Positions 46,514 to 56,986 of a stretch of DNA of 64,000 nt are shown here, piece by piece. Where the stretch lies: IMG/VR virus record IMGVR_UViG_3300031954_000001, positions 32,001 to 96,000 of that record; one strand, given 5' to 3'. Source of the DNA: a virus. The notes under the pieces were generated by a model, which saw nothing but the letters and a program-made list of their open reading frames with translations, was not told the origin of the DNA and made no database searches. The position numbers were made by a program, and so were the translations under genes. The stretch's first letter is position 1. Each line of letters begins with the position of its first letter.

Positions 46514-46625
46514 GGGCCGCGGGTTCCTTTCCTGCTAGGACACCCGGCTCCGTGAACCGTCCGACTGGTCAGACGATGGCCGCGGGCTTTACGCTGCTGG
46601 TTAATCGCCGGTTAATCGCGCATAA

Positions 46626-49600
46626 TCACCTCACCGAGCCATAATAGCCCCTGTTAGCAGCGCGCCCGGCGACGTTATTGAGAGCGGCAGAATAAGCCGC
46701 CGGGGCCGCGCCCATTATCGCGATCAATTTATCCATTCTGTTAATAAGCTGCATTTCCCCGGGGGTCATCCCGCCCGGGCCGATGACGCCGCCCGGCGGG
46801 ACGGGGGAGATAACTTCATTGCGTCCTGTCCCGTTCCAGGCTGCCGTAAGTCCGGGCGGGAGCACGCCGCCGCGGTCGAAACCGACAATGCCTCCCCTGG
46901 CCATCCAGCCGTAGATGCCGGCCAGCGTGATCCAGGCCGGGGTCCCCCGCTTGGGCAGCGCGGGGGCGGCCAGGTCAGTGCCGAACGGGGTGACCGGGTC
47001 ACCGATCCGGCTGCCGACCAGCTGGTACAGGTTGCCCAGCTCGGCGTACAGGCCCTGCATCAGCGCGGGGTGGCCGCCGGGCACGTGCGACAGGTCGGCG
47101 TCCCGGGTGGTGGCGGCCTCGGATTTCAGCGTGGCGGTGAAGTGGTCCAGGACCGTCTTGACCGGGGGGTAGGGCTTGCGCGTCATCAGCGCCGTGTAGG
47201 CGGCCAGCTCGTTGTTCTGTCCCTTGGCCAGGGTCGCCAGCTCGCTGCGGATGACGGCCCGGTGGGCGTAGTCCCAGGCGCCCGGCTTGGCCTTGGCCAG
47301 GCTGGCCCTGAACCCGTCCGCGACGTGCTTGTAGTACAGCGCCTCGGTCTTCTGCTCGGCGGCGACCTGCGCATAGAAGTTGCCGAGCGCGATGGTCCCG
47401 GAGGGGGTCTTCCAGGCCGGGAACGGGCCGCCGCCCGCGCTGCCCGGCAGGGACGGCTCCTGCGCGGCGGCGGTCGCCATCGCCTCCAGCTTGGCCCGGA
47501 GCAGCCCCAGCGCGGTGCCGGGCACCTTGCCCAGTCCAACGTCCTGGGTGGTCTTGATCTCCTCTTTCATCATCGAGATGAAATGGCTGATCTCCGCGGC
47601 GGTAACGTGCGCGCCCACCACGGGCTTGTACGCGGCGGCCTCGCTGCCCTGCCGGCCGGCCAGGGTGCCCAGCTCGTTGATGATCGAGGTGTGGTAGCGG
47701 GCCACGGCGCTGCCAGCGGCGGCGTGCGCGAGGGCGGACAGCGCCGCGGCGCGGAACGCGTTGTAGTCCAGGATCTCCCGGTACTGGTCGCCGCCCAGCT
47801 TCTGCTGGTACCCGGCCAGCCCGCCGGCGGCGTACCCCATGACCTCGTGCGGGGTGTGCGGGAGGATCGTCTCGTCGTGCCCGGTCCCGTTCATGACCAG
47901 GGTCAGGCCCGGCTTGAGCACGCCGCCCTGGTCGTACCAGTGGCTGGCCAGCTCATGGGCTTCCGCGCCGGCCGGCGAGCCGTAGACGCTCTTGATGTAG
48001 TTCAGGCCCCAGTCGATCTGGGCCGACGCGGAGCTGGTCGGCGGGTTGGCGAGCGGCCCCATCTTGGACGCGGGAAGGGCCTGCGGGATGCCATACGCGC
48101 CGGAAGACGGGTTGCGCGCCAGCCGGTTCCAGCCGGACTCCTGGGTCCAGAGTGCCTGAAGGGGACCGAACTGATTCGCCTGCCACCCGAACGCGCCGAG
48201 GCGGGATCTGGCATATGCCTGCGCGGCAGCGGCATCTGCCGAGGTCGGCCCCATCCCGGCCGGGACGCCGGATGTCGCGGCAGCCTGCTGCTGGGCGCTC
48301 TGGTCCTTCTGCTTCATGTAGCCGCTGATGCCCTTGTCCAGCAGGCCGGCGAGAGACTGGATGAAGGCCCCGGGCATCGTGCCCTTCGGCAGCCGGGCGA
48401 CAGCCGGCGCGATATCTTCCTTCCAGATGGCATCGAAGATCGCCTGCGCGCCCTTGCTGGCCAGGGCCAGCAGGGCCTTGGAGCCGCCCTGGACGTACTG
48501 GGCCAGTTTCGCGGTCGTGCCGGACAGCGCGGTGCCCGATGACGTGGTCAGTCCTTCCAGGTCCTGCCACATCTGGGTCACGCCGCCCCATCCGGACGGC
48601 CCGGCAGCCGGCAGTATCCCCTTGCCCTGCACCCCGCCCAGCCGGATGCCGACGACGAACCCGCCGGTCCCGATGGGCGAGGTGGTGACGCCGTACTGGG
48701 TACCGAGCGCGGAGATCAGCGTGCTCGGGCTGGCTGCCATGCCGACGTGCCCGATGCCCCCGTAGCTGGACGGCCCCGGCGCCGCCCCGGAGGAGAAGAC
48801 GATGTCGCCGGTCTGGATCTGGCTGAGCTGCTTATAGGCGTAGTCACCTGACCAGGCGCCGAACCAGTCGGCCTCGGATGCGGCGATAGCGGCGGACTGG
48901 GGGATCGGCACGCCGGATGAGGAGGCAGCCGTCCACAGCAGGGACGAGCAGTCCCAGGGCGGCTTGCCCCACCGGTTCGCCTCGGAGTAAGCCTGCCCCT
49001 GCTTGCTCATCATGAAGTTGAGCATGGACTGCTCAACCGCGCCGCCCGCGGCAAAGTGGGGCATCCTCCGGTTGAGGTCGATGGGGGCATCGCCTCTGCC
49101 GGGGTGGTGCACCCACCTGCCGCCGGAAACGTCGCGGGGGTCCACGTACGGGGCTCTGCCGGGAATCACGGGGCTCTGGTTAACTGCACCGCCGGCCGCG
49201 TAGCCGACGTACCCGCCGCCGGCGAACCCGGGCAGCTTGCCCCGCAGGTGATCGACCGCGCCGGCGCTGACCATGGATGTGGGCACGACCACCTCGCCCT
49301 TGCTGAGCAGCGCGTGCACGTCGTCGGCGGCCGGGCCGGATCCCAGGTGCACCATGCCGCCGCCGGCGAACTGCGGGATCGGCTGGATGGACAGGCTGCC
49401 CGGCAGGTTCTTCAGGATGTTGGCGTTGATCCAGCCGACAACGCTGTTGTTGAACGTGCCGGCCGCGGAGTTCCAGCCGTTCTTGAAGGCGGTGACGATG
49501 TCACCGGACCAGGCGCTGATCGCCGAGCTGACCGGCTTGTCCACGTGCCCGGAGAAGTACTGCGCGACGTCATCGAAAGTCGAGTGGGCCTTGCCGGTGA

Positions 49601-52600
49601 GGCTGGCGAACCCGGCCGGGATCGTGGTGCCGAAGAAGGCCTGGACCGGGCTGACGAAGGTGCCCTGGAAGGTGCCCGCGATGACCTGCCAGGACCGCTT
49701 GAACCCGTTTTCCAGGCCGGCGAGCCAGCCCGGGACGGTACTGGCGAAGAACGCGGCCAGCGCGGACTGCAGGCCGGAGACGAAGTCGGCGGCGGCCTTG
49801 TTCCACAGCTTGCGGAACCCGCCCTCGGCCGCGATGAGCCAGGCCGGCAGCTTCGCCGTGAACATGGCGGTCAGCACGGTGGCGAATGTCGTCTGCAGCG
49901 AGTTCGCCAGCTTGAGGAACGTGACATTCCCGAGGGAGGCGAACTGCTGCATCCAGGCGGGGATCCGCTGGGCGAACAGCACCTCCAGCGCCCCGCTCAG
50001 GACGTTGATCGCCCCGGCCAGTGACTGAGCCCCGCCCCCGCCGGCCGGGCCGCCCGCCGCCATCCTGGCCGGCCCGCCGGCCGCGTAGCCGATGATCCCG
50101 CCGGAGGCCCGGAACCCGGCCACGGCGCCGACCGCGCCGGGGTGCACGTCGCCCTTGTTGAGCGCGTTCATGATGCCGAGCCCGTACCGGCTGACCGAGG
50201 CGGCCCGGATGACGTACTCGCCGCGGGATGCCAGGATGTGCACGTCGTCGGCGGTCGGCCCGGTCCCGGCGGTGATCAGCCCGCCGTGCTGCTTGTAGGC
50301 CGCCGCGGGGGCCACGCCGAGCCGCCCGGTGACCGCCTGGGCGACCTGGCTCAGCCGGGTCTGGACGTTGCTGATGGCGTTGTTGGCGGACGTGGTGTCC
50401 ACGTTCAGCTTGATGGTTTTGCCGGCCGGCAGCTGGTCAATGGCGCCTTTCAGGCCGCCCTTGCCGCCGCCGCCCAGCGCCGTGTAGAGCTCGTCGGCCT
50501 GTTTCTTGGTCAGCGACATGCCGCTCTTGCCGCCAGACCCGGCCCACGCCTCGAAGTTCGCCTTGGACTTCAGCGCGTCGGACTGCGGGCCGCCCAGGCT
50601 GCCCAGTTCCTTGCCCAGGTTGCCGTGCAGCGAGTTCCACAGCTTGTCGGCCCGGTCCTTGGTCAGGCCCAGGCCGTGGGTCGGGTCACCGGCCAGCTTC
50701 TCGAACTCCGCCTTGGCACCGGGGGCCTTGGACTTGGCCAGGTCAGACAGGGTAGCGCCGAGGTTTCCATCCAGTTTCTTCCACAGCTCGTCGGCCTTCT
50801 TGGTGGTCAGCCCGAGTCCCTGGTTGCCGCTCTGGCCGGCGAACGCCTCGAAGTCCTTCTTGGCCTGCGCGGCGGTGTCGCCGGACTTCTTGACCGCCGG
50901 GGTCAGCTTGGGCGAGATCTCGTCCCACAGCTGGGTGGCCTCGTCCTTGGTCAGGTGCAGGGCGCCCAGCGCGAACGACATGAACTGGGTCTTGGCGTCG
51001 TTGACGTTACCGGTGGCCAGCAGCAGCGACTGGGCGAGCTCCAGCGCCGAGGTCTTCTGCTGATCGCTGTTGAACTTGCTGTGCATGACCGCGTTGGCGA
51101 AGTCGTTCATGGCCTTCTGGCCGCCGCTGGCCATGACGACGGCGCTGGCCATGGCCTGGGTCAGGTTCTGGCCGAGGGCGATCGACAGGTTCTTGACGTC
51201 ATCGGCCAGGTTGCCGGCCTTAGTCGTCATCGTGGTGACGATGCCCTGCAGGTCGGCCATCCCGGGCTTAGCGTTCTTGACCGACCCGGAGTTCGTGTCG
51301 ATCCAGTGGGACAGTTCCTTAAACGAGTCGGCGCCCTTGTACCCGCCGCGCTGGGCCAGGGCGTACAGCACATCGGTCATCTGCTGGCTGCCCTGAGCGG
51401 CCGGCAGCATCTGGCTCAGCATGTCCTTGGTGGCCTGCTGCAGCAGGTCCATGCCGTGCTGCCCGAGCCCGGCCGCGGCCGACAGCGACGTCAGCGAGTC
51501 CATCTGGGTGTTGGCCGCCGAGGCGGTCTGCAGCAAGGTCTGCTGAGCGGCGATCGACGCGTCGTTCAGCCCGGTCATCGTCGCCTTGCCCTGCTGAGCA
51601 GAGCCGGCCGCGTTCCGGATGGACTCGCTGACCTTGCCGTTGGCGATGGTCAGGGCCACGGTTCCCTGGGTCGCCCCGCCGAACGCCTCGTTCATCCCGT
51701 TGACTTGCTTGGCAAAGCCCAGGAAGTCCGATGACCCGCCGGAGACCAGCTTGAAGAACGCGTCCCAGCCCTGGTTCAGCTCGGAGACCTTGGAGTCCTG
51801 CATCTCGGTGGCGAACGTGACCGCGTTGATCGACGCCTGCAGCTGCGTCCCGCCCGCGCCCATCTCCGCGTAGCCCTTGACCAGGTTGTCGACCTTCTGG
51901 CTCATTACCGCGAGACTGTCGGTGGACCGGACCCCGGCCAGGTTCATCAGCGTGAGAGCCTGGGTGTAGTTCATCGTGCCGAGCTTCAGCTTGTCCTGGT
52001 TGAACATCAGGGCGCCGGTCTCGGCGAACAGGTTCCGGTCCTGGCCTAGCCAGTTGTTGATCTGCTGGTTGAGCAGCGAGATGTTCCGCGCCATCTCGGC
52101 CGGCGCGCCCGGGTGCCCGAAGAAATCGTGGAAGGCGTGCCCGAAGTCCATGACGGTGTTCTTCAGGTTCGGCCAGGAGGCCAGCGACTGGGGGATGTCA
52201 CCGAGGGCCTTGCCGAACGCGCCGGCGGTGGACATCACTTCCGCTGAAATGTTCTGCCAGGTGCCGCCGAAGGTGTGCCAGTTCTGGTTGAACGTCGCGA
52301 CCCCGCCGCCGGAGTTGATCTCGTTGATCTTGGCGTTCGCCTGGCCGATGGCGTCGCTGATGTCCGTCATCGCCTGCGACGCCTGATCCGAGTTGATCTT
52401 CTGGTTCAGGGTGTCGATCAGCTTGGCGACATCCGGGGTTGCCTTGCGGGCCTCGATGGCCATCGCGATGATCGCGGCGGTGGCGAGCAGGAACCAGGTC
52501 AGCGGGTTGGCCAGCAGCGCCAGCAGCCCGCGCCCGAAGGCGGCCAGCCCGGCGCCGGCGGTCCGCAGCGCGCCACCCAGGGCGACCAGGCCCTTCTCCG

Positions 52601-54596
52601 CGATGTTGGCGACGAGCGTGCCGAAGCCCCGCAGGAACCCGAGCGCCCCGCTGAACGCCCGGCCCAGCAGGCTGGTCTCGTTGGCGGCGTTGGCCGCGGC
52701 GTCGGCCTCGGTGGCCAGCGCGTCGGCGGCCTGCGTGGCGGTATCCGCAACCGCCCCCTCCGCCACCGCCGTCTCGGCGACGGCTTCCCCGGTCAGCGCG
52801 GCGGTCAGCGCGGTGACCGCCCCGGTCTGCTCGGCGATCGCCACGGTCAGCGCTTCGGTGGCCGTGGCATGCGCCTCGGTGGCCGTGGCGGCAGCCGTGC
52901 TGGCCGTGCCCTGCTTGACGATCCAGGTGACCGCGCCCACGATCGGGGCGGTCAGCTTGCCGAACACGCCGCCGAGCACCGAGACCCAGACCCACAGCCC
53001 GTGGAACATCAGGGTCGCCGTTACGATCGGGCCGGGCAGCTTGGAGAACAGGTTGAGCACTTCGGCGAAGCCCTGGATCATGTCCAGCAGGTAGTGCGCG
53101 ACCCCGGGATCCTTGGTCAGCAAGTTGTCGATGGCCTGGGCCAGGATGCCGATCGCCTTGCCCATCTGGGACAGGAACCCGACCCCGGATTGCAGCAGGC
53201 CGCCTACGTTCTTCTGGCTGTTCGCCCAGATGTCCAGCTTGGCGATCCAGGTGTCGAACAGGTCAACTACCTGGTGAGCCGCCCGGTACAGCGCGTTGGT
53301 CTGGCCAGAGGCCAGGTTGAGCGCGCCGCCGAACGCCTCGATCACCTGCGGGGCCAGCGATTTCTGCAGGTTGTCCAGCGCCCCGGCCAGCGTGCCTGCG
53401 TCCACGCCGTACGCGGTCATCACGTTCAGCGACGCCTTGGTGTGGTAAGCCAGCTCGTCCACTGCCCGGTAGACCCCGGCGAACCCGGCGCCGAGCGCCA
53501 GCAGCGACGTGGTCGCGATGATGATGGCCTCGATCGCGGCGTCCAGCACGATGTGCCAGCCGGCGATGCCGCCGATCATCGCGCCCCAGCCGATCTTCTG
53601 GTTGGCTGCGGCGAACCGGCCCAGCCAGCCGGTAAGGGTCGCCCATATCCCGGTGGAGGCCGCCGTGTCAGTGGTCAGCTTCTGCATCCGGGCGTCGATG
53701 CCCGCGATCTCGGCCGCTGACCTGGCCAGCCCCACCGGGTCGATGCCGCCCATGCGGACATCGGCCGCCTCCTGTCTCAGCTTGGTGATCAGGCCGATCT
53801 CGGCCGCGGTCTGGGCCATCACCTTGTCGATCTGGGCCGAGTTCATCAGCGGGATGTCGCGCGCCTGGGCCTGCAGGCCGGTGAGCTCGGCCTTGGCCAC
53901 GGCGACCGCGCGCATGAGCGAGAAGTAGTTGGCAACCAGCTCGATCTTGCGGGCCTCGGAGTTGATGAGCTCGATCTCGGCCAGGACGACGTCCAGTTTG
54001 GCCCGGACCTCGGCCGTGTCGATGTCGGCTTCCTCGTCGTCCAGCTTGGCCTGCAGCCGGTCTGCCTGGTTCTCCAGCTCGATCAGGTGCAGCGCGGCCC
54101 GCTTGGTGTCCAGGTCCACCTGGAACTCCGACGCCTGCCGCTGCAGGGTCTTCAGCTTCGCCTGCGCGTCAAGGACCTTGGCGTCGAATTTCTTGGAGTC
54201 CAGGTTCATCGACAGCTGAGTCAGCTGCTGACTGAACGCGCGCAGCTTGACCATGGAGGACGCGATCTTGAGGTCGATCTTGGTCGTATCGACGTCCATC
54301 GGCAGGTTCTGCAGGTTCTTGGCCGCGACGGCGACCTTGGCCTTCAGATCGAGGAGCTGGGCGTTCAGCTTCTTATCATCGGCGCTGATCGGGATGGAGG
54401 TCAGCGTCTTGGACAGCGCGGACAGCTTGGCCGCGAGCGCGGTGAACGTCGCCTCGGCCTGCCTGGCGTCGGCGGTGAGCGGGATCGACGCCCGCATGCC
54501 CGCCAGCGCCGCCTTGATCCCGGCGTCGGCTTCGGGCCGGAACCGGGTGGTGTCCGGGTAGACGACAAATGCCACATCTCCGAGGACCTTGGGCAT
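46626..54596 (-). CDS. Tape measure protein with NlpC/P60 and lytic transglycosylase (SLT) domains
   Basis: 2656 aa, Ala-rich helical; WDCSSL...GHVG; LWTQESGWN...GAYGIPQALP. Confidence 0.92.
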   Translation of the reverse strand: MPKVLGDVAFVVYPDTTRFRPEADAGIKAALAGMRASIPLTADARQAEATFTALAAKLSALSKTLTSIPISADDKKLNAQLLDLKAKVAVAAKNLQNLPMDVDTTKIDLKIASSMVKLRAFSQQLTQLSMNLDSKKFDAKVLDAQAKLKTLQRQASEFQVDLDTKRAALHLIELENQADRLQAKLDDEEADIDTAEVRAKLDVVLAEIELINSEARKIELVANYFSLMRAVAVAKAELTGLQAQARDIPLMNSAQIDKVMAQTAAEIGLITKLRQEAADVRMGGIDPVGLARSAAEIAGIDARMQKLTTDTAASTGIWATLTGWLGRFAAANQKIGWGAMIGGIAGWHIVLDAAIEAIIIATTSLLALGAGFAGVYRAVDELAYHTKASLNVMTAYGVDAGTLAGALDNLQKSLAPQVIEAFGGALNLASGQTNALYRAAHQVVDLFDTWIAKLDIWANSQKNVGGLLQSGVGFLSQMGKAIGILAQAIDNLLTKDPGVAHYLLDMIQGFAEVLNLFSKLPGPIVTATLMFHGLWVWVSVLGGVFGKLTAPIVGAVTWIVKQGTASTAAATATEAHATATEALTVAIAEQTGAVTALTAALTGEAVAETAVAEGAVADTATQAADALATEADAAANAANETSLLGRAFSGALGFLRGFGTLVANIAEKGLVALGGALRTAGAGLAAFGRGLLALLANPLTWFLLATAAIIAMAIEARKATPDVAKLIDTLNQKINSDQASQAMTDISDAIGQANAKINEINSGGGVATFNQNWHTFGGTWQNISAEVMSTAGAFGKALGDIPQSLASWPNLKNTVMDFGHAFHDFFGHPGAPAEMARNISLLNQQINNWLGQDRNLFAETGALMFNQDKLKLGTMNYTQALTLMNLAGVRSTDSLAVMSQKVDNLVKGYAEMGAGGTQLQASINAVTFATEMQDSKVSELNQGWDAFFKLVSGGSSDFLGFAKQVNGMNEAFGGATQGTVALTIANGKVSESIRNAAGSAQQGKATMTGLNDASIAAQQTLLQTASAANTQMDSLTSLSAAAGLGQHGMDLLQQATKDMLSQMLPAAQGSQQMTDVLYALAQRGGYKGADSFKELSHWIDTNSGSVKNAKPGMADLQGIVTTMTTKAGNLADDVKNLSIALGQNLTQAMASAVVMASGGQKAMNDFANAVMHSKFNSDQQKTSALELAQSLLLATGNVNDAKTQFMSFALGALHLTKDEATQLWDEISPKLTPAVKKSGDTAAQAKKDFEAFAGQSGNQGLGLTTKKADELWKKLDGNLGATLSDLAKSKAPGAKAEFEKLAGDPTHGLGLTKDRADKLWNSLHGNLGKELGSLGGPQSDALKSKANFEAWAGSGGKSGMSLTKKQADELYTALGGGGKGGLKGAIDQLPAGKTIKLNVDTTSANNAISNVQTRLSQVAQAVTGRLGVAPAAAYKQHGGLITAGTGPTADDVHILASRGEYVIRAASVSRYGLGIMNALNKGDVHPGAVGAVAGFRASGGIIGYAAGGPARMAAGGPAGGGGAQSLAGAINVLSGALEVLFAQRIPAWMQQFASLGNVTFLKLANSLQTTFATVLTAMFTAKLPAWLIAAEGGFRKLWNKAAADFVSGLQSALAAFFASTVPGWLAGLENGFKRSWQVIAGTFQGTFVSPVQAFFGTTIPAGFASLTGKAHSTFDDVAQYFSGHVDKPVSSAISAWSGDIVTAFKNGWNSAAGTFNNSVVGWINANILKNLPGSLSIQPIPQFAGGGMVHLGSGPAADDVHALLSKGEVVVPTSMVSAGAVDHLRGKLPGFAGGGYVGYAAGGAVNQSPVIPGRAPYVDPRDVSGGRWVHHPGRGDAPIDLNRRMPHFAAGGAVEQSMLNFMMSKQGQAYSEANRWGKPPWDCSSLLWTAASSSGVPIPQSAAIAASEADWFGAWSGDYAYKQLSQIQTGDIVFSSGAAPGPSSYGGIGHVGMAASPSTLISALGTQYGVTTSPIGTGGFVVGIRLGGVQGKGILPAAGPSGWGGVTQMWQDLEGLTTSSGTALSGTTAKLAQYVQGGSKALLALASKGAQAIFDAIWKEDIAPAVARLPKGTMPGAFIQSLAGLLDKGISGYMKQKDQSAQQQAAATSGVPAGMGPTSADAAAAQAYARSRLGAFGWQANQFGPLQALWTQESGWNRLARNPSSGAYGIPQALPASKMGPLANPPTSSASAQIDWGLNYIKSVYGSPAGAEAHELASHWYDQGGVLKPGLTLVMNGTGHDETILPHTPHEVMGYAAGGLAGYQQKLGGDQYREILDYNAFRAAALSALAHAAAGSAVARYHTSIINELGTLAGRQGSEAAAYKPVVGAHVTAAEISHFISMMKEEIKTTQDVGLGKVPGTALGLLRAKLEAMATAAAQEPSLPGSAGGGPFPAWKTPSGTIALGNFYAQVAAEQKTEALYYKHVADGFRASLAKAKPGAWDYAHRAVIRSELATLAKGQNNELAAYTALMTRKPYPPVKTVLDHFTATLKSEAATTRDADLSHVPGGHPALMQGLYAELGNLYQLVGSRIGDPVTPFGTDLAAPALPKRGTPAWITLAGIYGWMARGGIVGFDRGGVLPPGLTAAWNGTGRNEVISPVPPGGVIGPGGMTPGEMQLINRMDKLIAIMGAAPAAYSAALNNVAGRAANRGYYGSVR

Positions 54597-54988
54597 CAGC
54601 CGAACTCGGCTTCCAGGGACTCAAGCCCGGTGGTCATGAACGGGTACCGGTCGTACATCTGCTCGGTGTGCGGCTTGTCGTACTCCAGGAAGATGCCGGT
54701 ATACATCGCGTTGCCGCCGCCGTACAGGCCGCCGCGGCTGCCGATCACCGGGCCGTGGGTCCGGATCGTGCCCCTGGTCGTGCCCGGCGGCCGGACGGCG
54801 GTGCTGGACGGGAACCAGTAGCCGCTGCGCTTAGTGCCCGGCAGGACGTGCACGACCGATTTGGCGACGGCGACGGCCTTCTCGTCCAGGTACATGATGA
54901 ACACCCCGACCGGCCCGGCCGGGTCGTTCAGCACCTCATAAAGGGCGGCCTCGTCCCACTCGATCTGGCCCGGGATGATTATCGCCAT
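54596..54988 (-). CDS. Tail completion / HK97 gp10-like protein
   Basis: Y..FLEY...YPFM motif; position. Confidence 0.6.
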   Translation of the reverse strand: MAIIIPGQIEWDEAALYEVLNDPAGPVGVFIMYLDEKAVAVAKSVVHVLPGTKRSGYWFPSSTAVRPPGTTRGTIRTHGPVIGSRGGLYGGGNAMYTGIFLEYDKPHTEQMYDRYPFMTTGLESLEAEFG

Positions 54989-55068
54989 GGCAGGTCGCCC
55001 TCCGGGTCGAACTTGCCGTCGCTCGCGACCGGGGCATCCGGGTCCTCGAACGTCATTACCTTCTCACC

Positions 55069-55077
55069 TGATAGAAT
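55069..55077 (+). promoter_or_regulatory. Extended -10 promoter for the leaderless endonuclease mRNA
   Basis: TGaTAGAAT then 6 nt then ATG 55084. Confidence 0.6.
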
Positions 55078-55083
55078 CGAGCT

Positions 55084-55626
55084 ATGCCCGCTAGAACGAT
55101 TCACGGCCTCACCAGGAAGAATGCGGTTGACAGGCAGCTCTACAGTCTTTGGACAAACATGATGCGGCGGTGTTATAACCCGAGTAGCGGGAAGTACCGG
55201 TATTACGGTGCCAGGGGCGTCACAGTCTGTGATCGCTGGCATGACGTCAGCCTGTTCGCTGAAGACATCAAGCGCCTGCTCGGACCCAGGCCACCAGGCG
55301 CTTCGCTCGATCGCTGGCCGGATCCTGCTGGCAATTACGATCCGGATAACGTTCGCTGGGCCAGCGACGTTGAACAATCGCATAACTCGCGTCGGTACCT
55401 TGACGGGCGCAGTTCGCATCCGATGTACCGGAGCTGGTCTATGATCATGTGGCGAAATCCAGGCGCAATGTGCGAACAGTGGCACGAGTTCCCTGCGTTC
55501 GCTGGATACGTGGCTGCCGTACTTGGTTTGCGACCGGAAGGTTTGCGTTTCCGCCGGATAGACCCCGCTGGCTTGTTCGAGCCAGGCAACGTTTGTTGGG
55601 GCCGCCCGTACGGACGCCCTCGCTAG
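55084..55626 (+). CDS. HNH-like free-standing endonuclease (tandem domains), antisense within the tail operon
   Basis: Y..W..M..RC...YG.RG..VC..W...SLDR...G.Y.P.N.RWA; second degenerate copy follows. Confidence 0.8.
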   Translation: MPARTIHGLTRKNAVDRQLYSLWTNMMRRCYNPSSGKYRYYGARGVTVCDRWHDVSLFAEDIKRLLGPRPPGASLDRWPDPAGNYDPDNVRWASDVEQSHNSRRYLDGRSSHPMYRSWSMIMWRNPGAMCEQWHEFPAFAGYVAAVLGLRPEGLRFRRIDPAGLFEPGNVCWGRPYGRPR

Positions 55627-55640
55627 CATCGGTACGCCTG

Positions 55641-55988
55641 TCATCTGAACTCCTCGTCGTGCTGCATCCAGGCAGGTAGCCCGTCATCGCCCGACACGGC
55701 AACCGGGGCATCCGGATCGTCAAACTTAAGGCCCATCTCCTCCTGGTGGGCGCGCAGCGCCTTCAGGGCCTCCTCGTCCGGGTTGGCCACCATGCCGATC
55801 TGGACGTCTAGCTGCTCCAGCTCCTCCTCGCTCTGGCAGCGGTCGGCGAGCGTTGCGTATGCGACATTGCAGGCTTGCCGCGGCGTCAGCGCTTGGAGGC
55901 CCGGCGACCCCTGGCGGATGAGCGAGCCATCGACGCGTCCCGCGTGGACTGCCGTCCAGCAGAGGAGGGCGATGGCTGCCCGGTAGGG
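55641..55988 (-). CDS. Tail assembly chaperone, -1 frameshift extension (gpGT-like)
   Basis: Open -1 frame from CGC CCT ACC (55990-55982) to TGA 55641; no independent start/RBS seen. Confidence 0.7.
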   Translation of the reverse strand, partial: PYRAAIALLCWTAVHAGRVDGSLIRQGSPGLQALTPRQACNVAYATLADRCQSEEELEQLDVQIGMVANPDEEALKALRAHQEEMGLKFDDPDAPVAVSGDDGLPAWMQHDEEFR

Positions 55989-56452
55989 CGGCCGGCCACG
56001 ATCTCGATGACCTTGGTTACCACTTCCATGAGCTGGTCCGCGTCCGCCTTGGTCTCGCAGGCGTGGTCCTCGAACGCGCGCCAGTCACCCGGGTCGTATT
56101 CCTTGCAGGACAGCTCGTTGCCTCCTCTGCAGTCCTCGCACTTGCCGCATTCCGGGTGGCCGGGGTGAATGCAATCGCGCAGCATGGCGTACAGCGCGCC
56201 CAGTGCCCTGGGGTCCTGGACCGCCACGTCGGCGAACGCCGAGAACTTGAGCAACGGCATCAGGCCGATCTTGTCCGCGACCCTGAACCGCTTGCCCATG
56301 AACTCGATCGTCCGGTCGGACGTGACCACCTGGCCGGTGACCAGCTCCACCTTGGCGGCGGGCACCGGCTCCATCCCGGACGACGTTGCCTGGATGCCGG
56401 CGAGCTCGGCGTCGAAGTCGATGTCCAGCCCGGCTTCCTCGATGTCGGACAC
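55886..56452 (-). CDS. Tail assembly chaperone (gpG-like)
   Basis: Follows the major tail gene; ends GRPT...S-rich tail. Confidence 0.75.
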   Translation of the reverse strand: MSDIEEAGLDIDFDAELAGIQATSSGMEPVPAAKVELVTGQVVTSDRTIEFMGKRFRVADKIGLMPLLKFSAFADVAVQDPRALGALYAMLRDCIHPGHPECGKCEDCRGGNELSCKEYDPGDWRAFEDHACETKADADQLMEVVTKVIEIVAGRPTGQPSPSSAGRQSTRDASMARSSARGRRASKR

Positions 56453-56526
56453 GGTCTGCTCCTCTCGTGTGCAGGTGAGGGCAGCTCCCCCGCAGTGGCG
56501 CGGGGGCCGTGCGCGACGACGGTTTC

Positions 56527-56540
56527 TCCCACCAGTGGGA
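56527..56540. promoter_or_regulatory. Dyad site TCCCACCAGTGGGA (copy 5)
   Basis: Just downstream of the major tail stop, beside a hairpin at 56487-56506. Confidence 0.75.
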
Positions 56541-56548
56541 GGGTCCGG

Positions 56549-56986
56549 TTAGGTACCCGGGAGTCCGTAGGTGGGGTAGCGCTGGATGCGACTGGCAGCG
56601 TTCCAGGTGCTCTTGAGTGACACAGCTGCCGTGACTCCACCAGTGATGCTGTAGTCAGGTAGAATGAGCCCGAAGAAATACTGGCCCTGGAGTGCTGCGA
56701 TGGACGACGGGTACAGGTAGAAGTTGCGTGGTTGGCCGTCTGTGGCTGCGACGTACGTCTGAGCGGTTGCGGTGTCGAAGAATCCCGTGAAGTCGCCCGA
56801 GGCGTCCGGGAGTCCTGCGACCCAGATCAGGTTCTGGTCGCCCATAGCCGTGACGTCTACCTTGGCCACAGTGAAGTTCATAGACCAGGCGGACAGGAAT
56901 GCCATGGGTGCCGCAGTGGGGCTAGCACCGCCTGATGCGTCGATTGAGACGTAAGCGATCCCATTGCGCCCGTGGATGCGCGACAC
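56549..56986 (-). CDS. Major tail tube protein
   Basis: GAGGAG RBS; W.....DVTA.GD.....GL.D..G...G motif. Confidence 0.8.
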   Translation of the reverse strand: MSRIHGRNGIAYVSIDASGGASPTAAPMAFLSAWSMNFTVAKVDVTAMGDQNLIWVAGLPDASGDFTGFFDTATAQTYVAATDGQPRNFYLYPSSIAALQGQYFFGLILPDYSITGGVTAAVSLKSTWNAASRIQRYPTYGLPGT

